64,000 bases of DNA. Origin: Felis catus (lineage: Eukaryota). The stretch covers positions 66,528,001 through 66,592,000 of the forward strand of contig NC_058368.1 in the NCBI RefSeq assembly GCF_018350175.1, given 5' to 3'. Below, piece after piece: positions 12,806 to 25,882 of this stretch; position 1 is the stretch's first letter; every line of letters begins with the position of its first letter. The notes beneath the pieces are model-generated. The model was given only the letters and a program-made list of their open reading frames with translations. It was not told the origin of the DNA and did no database searches. The translations under genes were made by a program, and so were the position numbers.

Positions 12806-14514
12806 GCCCCTTCAGTTCTCTTTAAAGTAGACTATCACTGAACTATTTGCGTCCGCCCCTTCCGTCTGTTCTCAGTCACTGCTGAAAAGTGTTCCTTCCC
12901 GGTCACTTAAACGCTTGCGTCAGAACTCCGCTCTGCTCTTTACCAGCCTAAGCCGCGTAAACCTTACTTTCTTCAACGTAACCGGCATTTCTGACTCAAT
13001 TATCAGCCGCGGGGCCGCCGAGCGCGCCGGAGCGCCAGCTGCCCGGGACGCGGTCCGGGGGTCCGGGCCTCGCGGCTCCTCCGCGCCTCCCTGGGCGGGC
13101 TCGTCCCCCCAGCTCGTCCCCGCCGTCCGCGGGGAGCCTCCTGGCCCCGCGAGGCAGACCCTTCCCGCCGATCCGCGCCGGCATGTGATCGCACACGTGT
13201 GTCACCACGGAGATGAAGGAGCGGACAAGGGCCTGGAGGCAGGATTGAGCCTCCCTGCGACCCTCCGAATGCCCCGGGAACATACCACCACTCTGCACGG
13301 AGTCTGCCTGGCACACCGAGGGCGCTCCGTAAGAGCTCGGAGAGCTCATTAGGGACGATTTTCCAGTATCAATGCTACTTCTACACCCGTAGACAAATGT
13401 TTCCGAGGCGTCCGCTACGTGCCAGGCACAGACATTCTGCAAAGCCCAAACATCCTATTGTTTTATATACTTTTTCTTTCCGATTAATTCGTGATTTTCT
13501 AAAAGCCCTAATGATTACCGTACCGCCCTTTTGGCCCGCCCTTTAGAGCTCTGAAATTAGGTGGAACCTTCACAGGCAATCTTGAGAGATGCATGGATGA
13601 GTGCATTCGAATGTGAAAGAAAAAAAGGATGAAAGATTGAATATTGGAAGCGTTTGTAATCTCTAAAGTGCAGAGTCGCTTTCTGAGTTTCTTTGTTGTG
13701 TCGAATGCAGCTAAGAGAAGAGCTTGAGATTTAAAAGACCTTGTAGCTAAGGAGGAAAAAGAGACTCAAAAGACCTTGGGGTTGGACGTTGATCTGTGAG
13801 GGCTTTGTGGGGCTTAGAGTGGAAGAAGAAGAAATTCGGAGCACCTGCCTGGTGCAGATCCTACAGAAAGAGACGAGAAAAGAGAATATTTTTTACAGGC
13901 TTTCTTGTGCCATGAATGTAGGTACCTTTCACATTCTCTTCAGCACATTGCAGGTGAAGACTTGAACCTGGGTGGCTAGGAAAGTGGCAGGTAAGTGTTG
14001 ATGGGATTGGGGGGGGTGGGGGTGGGGAAGAAGGTCCAGCGTCTAAGGGGAGATGGAGGAAAAAGGATAGGACAGAGAAGAGCACAACCATCAAATTTCA
14101 CGTTTTCACCATGCCATGCGATAAGATCCTTCCGCAAATTACACGATCATGGAAACTACGTTGTAGCGGTGATCATGTGTTGAGTGAAGGCGCATGTCAG
14201 AATGTTAAGTGTTGTGATGCATGTCAGGATGAACTGGGTGGCCGCACAGCTCGGCTTGCCCAGCACAGTCCTTGTTTGCACCTGTTGTCCCAGAACCCTG
14301 TCATGGTTAGTACCTCTTTCACTCTTTAAAAGTCTCCAGCGCCTGGAAAAATAAACAATGGGATCCCCCAATTTATCAAGTGTGCAAAAGGGCCACAGCT
14401 TGGTACTACATAACGAACTCTACTGGTTACACCATTAGTGACACGATTTTTAACATCGGCTCAGTATTTGTTGTCGCTGTTTTACCAAGGGAACTGGAAG
14501 TTTCCAGGGCTTAG

Positions 14515-15062
14515 TGTCACAGTTTCCCAACTGTGCGGCAAAGCACCCTGCAGTACTGTAGTGCGGGATATTTTACACTTTTGAGGGAAACACAGTGATA
14601 ACTTGACATCTTTGGGACACCGCACGAGCTACTCAATAGCTCATAGTTTCAGCCATAGATGAGTCTACATCGCTTTCAGTGACATCATCACTTTGCATAG
14701 CTAGGTTTTTAGCAGTTCTGATAAAAAGCAATTGCCCGTGACAATAAATGCATTAAAGGAAATAAAAATGGTTATGTCCAAGCTGCTTCAAGGCTTGAGA
14801 AATTGTGCCCTACCCAACAGGTGCACACACCCCACAGATAAGTAGTGATGGCTCTTTACAGATGAAATAAACATACAACTTTCTTTCAACTTCTGTATAT
14901 AATTTTTCCAAACAATTACAAAGCTTGTGGGCATAAACACTAAGTTATTTGGGCCTGAATGTTTAATAAAAGGAACTGTTCAGCATTTCTTTTGTCATGG
15001 GAGCATTGGAAAAAATTACTGCGACACTAAGAATATTATGAAAGTTTGAAAACCTCCAGCCT
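14515..15062. mobile_element. hAT-Charlie-like DNA transposon relic
   Basis: Begins cagtttcccaact and ends aagtttgaaaacctc; Charlie-like internal text. Confidence 0.55.
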
Positions 15063-15589
15063 AGTGCCTTAGTGTTGATAGCAGGAATGACAATTATTAC
15101 CGAGTTTGGGAGAAAATCTGGCTTTGTTCAGCGAGATTGCAGAGGCGAGAAGAACCGTCAGAACTTCCACAGAGACCAAGTGCCAAGAGCTAATGTGAAG
15201 TGTAAGCCTGTGCACACGCATCACAGTAAGGGACAAATGATAACGATGTTGGCATTCAAATGAAGATAAGATGTTGAAGAAACCTCCATGTTGAAAAGAA
15301 GCTTTGCGTAGGCTGCAGTCCTGTCTTCCAAATTAGCCCTAGGATTTTGGCAATCCAGTCTCATTACCTATGATAACTATGAAAACTAATTACGACAACT
15401 AACTGGAAAACCTAAGAATAATACAACTAAAGAGAATATGTTGTACATAGTTACAACATCTAATACATTTTTGAGCTCCTGTCAGTTGATAATGTGTCCT
15501 TAGCTTCGTTCCTAGGGCCCCACAGCACACACAGAAAAATAGCACTTATTTTGATTTGCCTCTGATTTGGATCAACATTTCTCAAAAGT

Positions 15590-16685
15590 GTTCAAAAGAT
15601 GGAAGTGTATCCAAAGGACATAGGAGCCAGTTTGAAGGGGCTCCTGCTGGCCAAATCTGATACAATCAGAGCATCAAAATAAATAAGAAGAGTAATAGAT
15701 TATTTACCTTTTGGATAAAACAAAAATCCATGAGTACAATAGTAGAGGGGAGGGGACTGAGGGTTCTGGTTTACAGGTAAGTGACTTGTGCGAACTGATT
15801 AAAGTGGATGGAGTGGTGGCAATGGACGTCACCATTTTCTAAGCATCATAGTAATGACTGGCTCAGTCAAGAACCGTGAGTGGATGCTACTAAGCCTGTC
15901 GGACCATTGTATGGCCTCAAAGTGTCTCTCTACAGATTGCATAATAGTTGCAAAGAGAAAAATAGAAACCATATAACTAAATGAAGAAATGGGACAACGC
16001 CTTGATCTAGTCATAAAGATTAATATCACCAATGAATGACATTCAGATATCACATGCTGCCTGATGTGATTCTCTGGAAAGGATACAACATCCATTATAT
16101 AGTGGTCCGACCAGGAATGCAGAACCTGACCTTAATCATGAGGCAACATTGAACGAATCCAAAATAAAGGTCATTCTAGTAAATGGCCTGTATTCTTAAC
16201 AAATCTCTTACACTCATGAAAAGAAAGACAAGCCAAAGGAACTGTTCCAGATGAAGGGGGAGAAGGAGACATGAGAACAATGTGATAAGAAGCAGTAGGT
16301 GATCCCAGATGGATTCCCAGCTGGGAGGGGAAAATATTAACAGAACCATTGAAGAACCATTGGAACATGAGCTGTAGATTACATAGAAGTGTTATTATCA
16401 GTGTTAAATTTCCTTGAGTTGGGAACCATAGGTAAGAAAATATGCATGTTTTTAGAGAATACATCCTGAACTCTAAAGGGATAAAGAGGTATATCTGCAA
16501 TCTACCCTCAAGTGGTTCAGCAAAATAAATAAATAATATGTGTACAAATACAGAGAGAGAATATGAAAAAGTATATGGAGAAAAATATTAAAAGTTGGTG
16601 AATCTGAGTTAGAGATATATGGCACCTCTCTGTACCGTTTTGTAACTATTCTGAAAATTGGAAAACTCCATTAAAATTTTTTTTG
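15590..16685 (+). mobile_element. Old L1M 3' UTR fragment
   Basis: L1MC/ME-type 3' end text: aggaactgttccagat, atcagtgttaaatttcctt, ttggtgaatctgag, tgtaactattctg. Confidence 0.7.
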
Positions 16686-16848
16686 TTAATACAAATGTGG
16701 TTCTCTTGTGGAGCCAAACAATTTCAGTTAGAATCACAGATCAGAATGCTAGGGATGGAAGAGAATTTAGGATTAATTTAACCTGATCCACAGATTTTTA
16801 CGTATCAGAAAACTGAGGCCCAGAGACATTATAATTTGGTTAAGGTTA

Positions 16849-17229
16849 CTGTCTTGCTTCGCTTGGACTGCCGCAAGAAAGCACCATAGATGGGTGCAGA
16901 AATGTATTCTCTCACAGTTTGGAGGCTGTGAAGTCCAAGATCAAGGTGGCAGCCGGATAGGGTCCTGGTGAGAGCTCTCTTTCTGGCTTGCAGATGTCAG
17001 CCTTCCCTCTCTGCGTGCTCACATGTTCTTTCTTTGCTGCACGTGCATAGAAAGACCTCTCTCTGTCTTCTTCTTATAAAGCCACCAATTCTATCCGATG
17101 AGGACCCTACCCTATGAGCTTTTTTACTTTAATTATCTCCTAAAAGCCCTATTTCCAAATACAGTCACAGTGGGGAAAAGGGATTCAACATATGAACTGG
17201 GGCTGAAGAAACACAATTCAGTCCATACT
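16849..17229 (-). mobile_element. MLT1A-type solo LTR inserted in a MIR
   Basis: ctcacagtttggaggctgtgaagtccaagatcaaggtg...tttccaaatacagtcaca; MIR core at about 16725-16848. Confidence 0.8.
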
Positions 17230-18854
17230 AGTTGCACAATTAATCTGGTGCTGAACTGACTGGGGACCAGTAGAGCATATTCTTTAGTTTGCACCAAATG
17301 CTCTGGATATTTTTTTAAGAAACTCCCTGTTTCAATTAAAAATTGGTATGAGAGTCGAAATCTGAAACTGGAATCTGGGGTTAGGGCTCAGCTTTTTCTT
17401 GTAGATGCTTTTTTATGGGCATGTCTATGCATTTTGAAGTTCCTGTGTGTAGAAAGTAATACTTTTGCTTGAGGGATATAAAGCCATTTCTCCAAAGTTA
17501 TATATTAAAGTGGCAACTTGGGGGAGAAGTGTAAAAAAGTTAATAGATTGTAAATATCATCAGTGTGCTGAATTGATCCAAAAGAAGTTAATTTATTTAA
17601 AGCCATTAAACCACAAGTCTATAAAGACCTTATTGTTTTTTGTTTTTGTTGAATCACATACATCAGTAAAAAGCCTCTGGGTGTACTTGCCAGGCCAAAA
17701 ACAATCAAGTAAATTATACTCAAGAACAACCTACCAAGCTTTTCATATGTTCTAATCCAATCCTCCCACATCCATCAAACAAATGCCTAACTAACCATGT
17801 GGATTTTGCACAATGCCCTCAAGGCCAGAAAACTTGGATTCTAGAGCTTGAGTTTCAGAGACATGGGTGATTTTTAAGTGCTGTCAGCTTAATTGCTTGC
17901 CTCTCTTTCTTGATGAAGGGGACCAGCATCCCTACCCCATCTCCCCACTCCACACCTATCCAGCAATTGAGGGGTAAAGCCTGATTATTCACCCAAAGAA
18001 ATAAGACAAAATAAACTTAGCACAGGAGTTTCTTAAGTCCTCTGATAATTTAAACAAAAAATAAAACAAAACAAAACAGACACAAGAAATAAATCAGTCT
18101 GTTCCTTTGTGCCAGTGAAGATACACAAGATTGTGGTATAAAATGAGCAGACCGACTCTCCTCTGTCCAACAGTTGGAGCTCTCTGGGCACATTTCCAGG
18201 GCTGTCCTAAATTACAGGGCAGAAAGTGGGGTCCTGACGTCAGATCCCACCTCTCAGATAGCCGGCCTTCTCCCATCATTAGCAAGAGGAAAAGTTGGCT
18301 ACACCCAGGTTTCCCCAACACATAGAGCTGCATGTGATTTAGAAGGGGCTGTGGCTTCTCTGCATCACTCGTGCTTGGTGTTTTCCCATTCACAGTCCAG
18401 TGTACAAATCCTCCTGGACGGGCAGGAAGGAACCTGTCTCACCAGACAGAAGTGCCCTCTTCGGACTGTGCATGTTGTCCTCTGAGCAAGGATTGAATGA
18501 TTGGATAAGGGGGTATGACTGATGCCTCCCTGCTTGCCCCATAAGGAATGCCAGAAATAAAATCAAAGTGTTGTTCCTCGTCTCCACAAGAAGTAACTTC
18601 TGACATTCAATCCCATAGGTGTTTCTGTAATATTTACAGAACGACCTCAGATCAGCTGGGACAATGGCCTCTACCCCATGTGTCAGTCAATGAAAGCGGT
18701 TAATGATTGCCAGTATCTCATAGTTATTTGGTGGCAGAGTTAAGACTACAACTCATTCCAGGCCAGAGCTGTCACACTGCACTGTGCTTGTCCCATATCA
18801 AACCAGCTTTATCAAAACATTGTGGTTTGTTTAAATCTATGACCCACACGTACT

Positions 18855-19440
18855 TTGGGGACATTAGGTTTTGAGGCACATGGTCTTCTTGACCTCACTC
18901 AGCACCGAATTTTGCCCTAGAGATTAGAAGAATAAAAGACAGATTAACAAAAGAAAGGCAAACAGGGGCTTATTAACCTGCACATTGTGTGGGCACACAC
19001 GTGGGCGTACCCAGTGATGAGTAACTCAGGGGGACGGTGAGAACTTGGGCTTACACAGCATCTTAGCAAACGAACAATAAATTTGTAGAGTAGTGACAAG
19101 ACAAAGAGAAAAGATCAAGTTTCTAGGGCAGCAAATTGTGGGAAGGTAAATGTATGGGAAACTGAAGGCAGATAAGTTCAGTTAGTAAAGTTTGTTATAT
19201 AGATTCCTCTGGCGCCATGTGTGGGCTGATCAGGATGTACTGTCGTCTTTGGTGATTACCTTCTGTCCTTCCTGGTAAGAAGGGAGGGGGGAATCTTTTC
19301 CAATTTATGCCCGCTTTTAGGCAAACAGGGGGAAGGCAGAGTTTTCTTGTATCTGCTTCTTCTCAATTGCCTTCAGCTCAAAATAATCCTTATGTATGCC
19401 TAAGTGGCGCATTTGGGGGGAGGGTGCATATTCTGTTAAT
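18855..19440 (-). mobile_element. ERV1-like solo LTR, copy 2
   Basis: Reverse-complement homology to 8377-8947, e.g. tagattcctctggcgccat versus atggcgccagaggaatcta. Confidence 0.75.
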
Positions 19441-19617
19441 TCTTAGAGAAACATGGAGAAACTTAAATATGTATATTAAGAAATAACTATTAATTTTCTT
19501 AGGTATGAAATGATATATTGCCATTATGTAGGAAAATGCTATGGTTTCTTTTTGGAGATTTATGCTGAAGTATTTGGGGTTAATGCATCATGATGTCTCA
19601 CTTACTTTCTAATGTGT

Positions 19618-19620
<3 letters not shown>

Positions 19621-19652
<32 letters not shown>
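19621..19652. repeat. (CA)16 microsatellite
   Basis: Read directly. Confidence 0.95.
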
Positions 19653-19654
<2 letters not shown>

Positions 19655-20789
19655 TAAAATCAATATAGCAAAGTGTTGACAGTTGTTGAAGGCAGGAGGA
19701 GAAATATTTCTTTCACTTTTTCTATATTTTCTATATGTCCAAAATTTTTCATAATAAACAGTTTTAAAAAGATGAATATTAGTCTTATCTTACAGATCCT
19801 AGAAATTTCTAAATATAATGCTATTTTTCACCAAAGATTGAAGAATTTTGTTCCTTATTAATGGAATTTTCAGTGTCAGAATGTGACTTAGAGATGTATT
19901 TTGTAAGACTAGAGAAGCTTTTGCCAAAATCCATAATCAGTCTAAGTAGCCCCTTTGTCCATCTGTTGCTAAGGTTTGTTCTGTGTGTACAAGGACTATA
20001 TTTTTGGAATCACCAAATCAGTATATATGGTCTGACAAAGGATTTTTCCCCCTACTTCTGCTTTTACTCACATGAAAGCCTTACAAAGGCATAAAAACCA
20101 AAACATGCATAGATGTTATTTTTTGTTTATTTAATATAGAACAAATCACCTTTCTTAAAGGAACATAACACAATTAAAGAAAATTATATTGTTTCAAGAA
20201 AATGTGGAATGCAGTTTCCGTATCTTAGAGTCAACTCCAATGTGATTTACAGCAAAATCTTTCTTTAGCTTTACAAGGTCAACTTAATAATCTATCATGA
20301 CATATGTTGGGGATAAAAATGTCTTCCTTGTCTTTTATTCTTAACTTTTAATTTCCTTTTTGAATCAGGCTTTCAGTTTTGACCTTCACAATGACTAAAG
20401 AAAATCAGATTGCAGTAATTAGAATATTGCGGAAACATCATCTAAAACTATGGTTTGATTAGTCCATTAACTTAAGCAACCATAATTTCAACTCCTGAGA
20501 ATTTTAAACTGATTTAATTTTAGCTGTGTGGTTCACCATTCTTTTTTTATGACAGCTGAAATATTTGAGTAAGTCGGAGGTAGCATACTTATTTAGAACG
20601 TTACCAAGGCAAAAGGAATACCTGCAAAGTAGCAGATTAATTTAAGGGAAATGTGTATTTTCTAAACGTTAACACATGGAGTTTTCCCTTGATATGTAAC
20701 ATGCAAATACCTAAAAGGAACATTGTATATTGGAGGCTTTTTTCTGGGCAAAGAAAATTGCTTTATATTTTCACCTAAGCTTATTCTAT

Positions 20790-20803
20790 TAAAAAAAAGA
20801 AAA

Positions 20804-20869
<66 letters not shown>
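20790..20869. repeat. (GAAA)n tetranucleotide microsatellite
   Basis: About 16 pure GAAA units after an A-rich lead-in. Confidence 0.95.
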
Positions 20870-20870
<1 letters not shown>

Positions 20871-21784
20871 TGAAGGTCAGAACTCCAGAACCATTAACCA
20901 AACTTTAAAAAATTTCTGGAAATAGAATGACATTTCTCAAGGGCTTATTTGGCCTATTTTATTTACTATCCCCCCACTCTATAAATTTTACTCAGCATTT
21001 TAACCTGAAAATGTGCTTTGTCTCCTCTCCTAACTCTATAGTTAATGCTCACAGCTATCTTCATTAAATGAGATTTTCACTCCAAGTCAATAGATGAGGG
21101 ACTAAGCAAAGTGTAGAACTTCCATTAGATATTTGATTGAAGGGTTTTCCATCAGTTTAGAGCCAAGGGAGGGAGACCATGAATTAGAATTATTTCTTTT
21201 GCTTCTTAAAACTGACCTAATTAAGTCAAGATGATGAAAAGGGGGCTTCCCACTCTCTGCAGTTAGGATAGAAAGATCACATTGGTAAAATAGAAAGTTT
21301 TCCACCATTGGGTAAAACTCATCTTTTTAAGAGTGTGTCAATTAGAACATAATGAGTTTAGCTATAAACACAAGAGTATTAGAAATACTATTAAAGCTAA
21401 GAAAAGATCAAAGAGCAATTATTCAAAATGTAACCTTAAAAATAAAATTGCCATTTTACCAGCAAAAATGGGTTCATTGGGAAAAGCAGGGAAAGAAACC
21501 TGCTGAGGCAAAACCATAGGCAATTCTGGAGAACAGAGAGACCGCTTTTACAGAGGAAAGAGGGGAGGCTGGGAGGGGCTGTTATACACTGTAAGTCCAT
21601 TGGAATAAACCAGGAGTTTGAAGTATAGGAGCGTCTCGTTGGCTGAGCTGTGACTCTCATTGGGCTTTTGCAGGAGGGGAGGGATAGAGAAAACTCCCTT
21701 CCTGCTGCTGGGATAGTAAGGTATATGGACTAACAAGGTCCCTCTCTTCTTATTGAGTCTGTCATTGAAAACTAGTGCTGACTA

Positions 21785-22014
21785 GGGCGCCTGGGTGGCT
21801 TAGTTGGTTAAGCCTATGACTCTTGATTTCAGCTCTGGTCATGATCTCACAGTTCCTGAGATCGGGCTCTGTGCTGACAGTGCAGGGACCGCTTGGGATT
21901 CTCGGTCTCCCCCTCTCTCTGCCCCCCTCCCATTTGCATGTGTGTGTGCACCGTGTTTGTGCTCTCTCGCTCACTCAAAATAAATAAACATTTAAAAGAA
22001 GAAGAAGAAGAAGA
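21785..22014 (+). mobile_element. Can-SINE with (GAA)n tail
   Basis: gggcgcctgggtggcttagttggttaagc head and aataaataaaca tail. Confidence 0.9.
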
Positions 22015-23268
22015 ATGCCAGTGCTGGGCATGAGAGGTCCCCCTGCCAGCCCTCTGATTCCATTCTAAATGAGGTTTCCTTTTATTAATTTTCGCAAAAG
22101 ATATGTTTCTACCGTGAAGAACCAAAGTGAGGGTTAAAGATCAGTCCTAAACAGCAACAGAATGTAAGTGAAGTCAGTAGCCAGTGCAAAACTTGCAAAA
22201 CGGTTTAACTCTTGAAGTGTGAGGTTCAAGGAAAAAGTGAGCATTAAGTGGTCAGTGGTGTAAGAAAAAGCAAGGGGCTCTGCCTGGAGTGAGGGCAGAG
22301 AGCAGAAGAGGGAGATGGATGGATGGATGGAAAGAGAGGCAGAGAGAAACTGAGAGACCAAGAGACATGACAAAGACCCTGCTCCATTAAAACCCCACAG
22401 ACCATAGAGATGCCGAGGGTCCAGGTGGTGGGATACAGAGATGATTACACTCCCAGGAGCAACAGGTCCGGTGGGGCGCACAAACCCATAAACTCGTGAA
22501 TCGTTTGAATACAGAGTGATGTGGTATAAAGGACAGAACCTCAGCATCTGCTGGCAAGGCCAAGTTGGTGCCTTGGGGCACTAGGTGGCAAGTGCGAGGA
22601 CAGCCCGGATGGAGCTGTCAGGAAGGAGGGAGAGCTCGCCCGTGTATGCATAACCCTTTGGAATTTGAAGCACCGAGCATCAGGGAACTAGAGCATATTT
22701 CTATACCAGGAAGGGGTTTGATTTATAAAAATGCAAGTCCGGGGATGTATGAAGGAAAGGTCTGAGTGGGTCTGGAAGCAGGGAAACCAGAGGGGAGGAT
22801 GTAACAAGTGTTATAAGGCAGTGATAGTGGGAGCCCTAGAAGAGACACCAGATTTCAGAGATGGTCAAGGAGGAATCTTTAGGATTTAGTGACTATAGAA
22901 AGGGACAGTGAGAGACAGTCAACGGTGGTGTCACAGTTGGGGGCTTTGGATAGGGTGGATGGTGATAGCTTTTGTGAAGACTGCAAACATGCGGCCAACT
23001 AATCCAGGGCTGTGGAGGAGGGGAGTTCCTTCCTGTACCTGTAAAAGTTGAGGTATCTTCTAGAATCCAGATGGGTGGACCAAGGAAGCAATAGGCACTC
23101 TGAGCCTATAACCCAGGAAAAAAAGGCAGGTGCTGGGAAAATGAAAGGTGGGTATCATGGTCGCCATGAGCATGGCAGTTGAGGCAACAGGAATGAATGA
23201 GACCACACACAGAAGGGATGTGAGTAAGGAGGCTGAGGAAGGAATTCTGGGAACACCATCACTAGGGG

Positions 23269-23460
23269 CAGTGGTTCTCAACTAGGGATAATTTTGCTCA
23301 CCAGGGTACAGTTGGCAATGTCTGGAGGCATTTTTGGTTGTCGCAACCGGGGCGGGGGGGCGTGGGGATGGGAGACGAGAGGTCAGGGATGCTATTGAGC
23401 CTTCTACAATGCGCATGATATCTCCTCACAACTAAGACTTATCCAGCCCAAAATGAAGGT
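23269..23460. mobile_element. MER20 DNA transposon relic, preceded by an L2 fragment (about 22700-23265)
   Basis: gcagtggttctcaac...ggcaatgtctggaggcatttttggttgtcgcaac...ttatccagcccaaaatg. Confidence 0.8.
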
Positions 23461-23626
23461 AGACCAGACAGGAGGCAAGGAAAAATTTTTTTTTGTTTAG
23501 GGAACAGAGACTCTTGTTTTCTCTGTTTTTTTTTTTTTTTCCTGGGAAATAAGAATAAATTACTTTTAATTTATGTACTAGGCACTAGCTGAGTGTTTTA
23601 CATGCAATATCTTTAAAATTCATAAT

Positions 23627-23845
23627 AGGGGCACCTGGGTGGCTCAGTCAGTTAAGCATCCAACTCTTGATCTTGGCTCAGGTCATGATCTCATGGTCCA
23701 TGACTTGGAGCCCCACACTGAGTTCTGCATTGACAGTGCAGAGCCCCCCTGAGATTCTCCTTCTCTACCTCTCTCTCTGCCTCTCCCCCACTCGCTCTGT
23801 CTCTCTCTCTCTCTCTCTCTCAAGATAAATAAAGAAAGCTTTAAA
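23627..23845 (+). mobile_element. Can-SINE inserted in a MIR
   Basis: ggggcacctgggtggctcagtc head; flanks ctttaaaattca(t/c)aata resemble a TSD. Confidence 0.9.
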
Positions 23846-24406
23846 ATTCACAATAACTACTATTTCCATTTTACAAAGGGGGATATTGAGCCCCAGTTGA
23901 AGAAATGTGCGAAAGATCACAGAAGCAGGAAGTGGTGAACTGGAACTTTGAACTTGAAGTGCTGGGGGCTCCCATAAGCTTGGTGGTGTTTCATGTTTAT
24001 CCTGCGCAGATGCTGGAGCTGCTCATTTTTAGTTGCCTGTTTTGATGGATCAAAGGCAGTGTCCAAAGCCGAGAAACAGGCAGGACAGCGTTACAACTAA
24101 CCATGGTACTCACTCGATTCATGCCCAGTGGGAGGCTAACAAAATGATACTGGGACACGGTAGCCCTCCATCCCAGATTTATAAAGGTGGGTTTATGCTT
24201 CCTTAAGAATTCACCAGCAGTATGATTCCATGTGGCTGATTCCTTGCTTAGTCCCTCCAAGCAGGTGACAGCCCAGAAGGAAGTCTGTCTGGACATGGTT
24301 GTCCTGGCACTCCCCTGGGCTGATCCTCTTCCGGAATGTCCTCAATCGTGGAATGAATGGCGGAAGGAAATTCATAGGAGTGATGTATCTAGATCTCTAG
24401 GATTTT

Positions 24407-24626
24407 TTTAAAAATTTTGTTAACGTTGTTATTTATTTTTGAGACAGTGAAAGACAGAGCATGAACAGGGGAGGGGCAGAGAGAGAGGGAGACACAGAAC
24501 CGGAAGCAGGCTCCAGGCTCTGAGCCATCAGCCCAGAGCCCGATGCGGGGCTCGAACCCACATACCGCGAGATCGTGACCTGAGCGGAAGTTGGACGCTT
24601 AACCGACTGAGCCACCCAGGTGCCCC
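24407..24626 (-). mobile_element. Young feline SINEC with 17-bp TSD tagatctctaggatttt
   Basis: TSD at 24390-24406 and 24627-24643; CpGs largely intact. Confidence 0.95.
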
Positions 24627-24862
24627 TAGATCTCTAGGATTTTGTGAGCTTGAGCACATCTCCTCCAAGGTGAGTCAAGAATGTTCAAAGGTGAGCGCCA
24701 GTTTTCACCTTTGCTCTGGCCCCGGAAACACAACTCCAGGCCCCTGTGACCATTGCATCATTTTGCCTGTTTCTACAATAGTAGCAGAAGAATGGGCTAA
24801 GAATGACTGAGAGCAGAATAGGGTCAGGAATGTTACAGTGTGATCAAAATTGAGAGCCCCTC

Positions 24863-25082
24863 GGGGCGCCTGGATGGCGCAGTCGGTTAAGCCTCCCACT
24901 TCAGCCAGGTCACGATCTCGCGGTCCGTGAGTTCGAGCCCCGCGTCAGGCTCTGGGCTGATGGCTCGGAGCCTGGAGCCTGTTTCCGATTCTGTGTCTCC
25001 CTCTCTCTCTGCCCCTCCCCCGTTCATGCTCTGTCTCTCTCTGTCCCAAAAATAAACGGTGAAAAAAAAAAATTAAAAAAAA
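24863..25082 (+). mobile_element. Young feline SINEC with TSD aaaattgagagcccct
   Basis: TSD at 24846-24861 and 25083-25098; long A tail; CpGs intact. Confidence 0.95.
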
Positions 25083-25602
25083 AAAATTGAGAGCCCCTTC
25101 CCTGTAGCATGTAAAAGGGAGCTGGCCAGGAACAGATGAAGGCATTGCTTACAGTTTTTCCTACCTATTTAAGTTTGTGGTACCAATATGTAAAACTTTG
25201 AATTTTTTTTTTCCAGCGATAGCCTATAATATAGGTGTAGAATGAGAGAAGGAGAAAGGTTAGGCTCATTCAAGGTTGGGCTAACTAGAGATAGTGCCAA
25301 AAACACAGTAGATGTTCAATAACACGCAGTGGATGAATAGATAAATGGACGGATGAGACAGCAAGAGAGCAAGCAGCGAAATTAAGAGTGCTAGTGATGA
25401 GGGAGTGTGGGGCAAGCTGAGGGCAGAGTACAGGCGAACAACCCCCACCCCACCCCGAGTGGGACATGTATGATATTCCTTGGACACCCCGGCTACCCCA
25501 AAACAGGAAAGGACAAAAACACAAATGAGAGTCTCCACCAGTTTACAAGAAAAAGGCAATCCCATCAATGGCCCAAAGTCCAGGAAATCCCTACTGTCTT
25601 AA

Positions 25603-25882
25603 TGTTAATGCTTTACTGGAGGGAAAAACAACCTTAGCCTGACGGTAGCTAGGCCTCCAGTTAAATCTTTAGCTTGTGAAAGTCTCTTTGGAAACTCCTC
25701 CTTGACTGTATCTCCCCGGACTCCATAAAACATCACCCCCCGCACTTGCAGTGCAACTCTTCCTGCCCACGGGTCCTGTCCCCGTGCTTTAGTAAAATCA
25801 CCTTTTTCTACCAAAGACGTCCAAGAATTCTTTTTTGGCCTTCGGCTCCAGACCACCCCACCACCACCCCAAAACTTCATCA
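25603..25882 (+). mobile_element. Short carnivore ERV-type solo LTR
   Basis: TG...CA termini, cataaaa TATA-like box, agtaaa poly(A)-like signal, aagaattctt U5-like text. Confidence 0.55.

Larger units (their letters stand above)
12170..13430. promoter_or_regulatory. CpG island around tRNA-Phe with Pol II promoter motifs
   Basis: High GC and CpG density; NRF1-type CGCGCATGCGCA 12503-12514, ETS/GABP CCGGAAGTG 12547-12555, ATTGG (CCAAT on - strand) 12598-12602. Confidence 0.8.

Noticed and set aside
12915..13442. 145-148 aa ORFs in the tRNA CpG island
   Set aside because: GC-rich artefacts, mostly non-ATG starts, no recognisable domain
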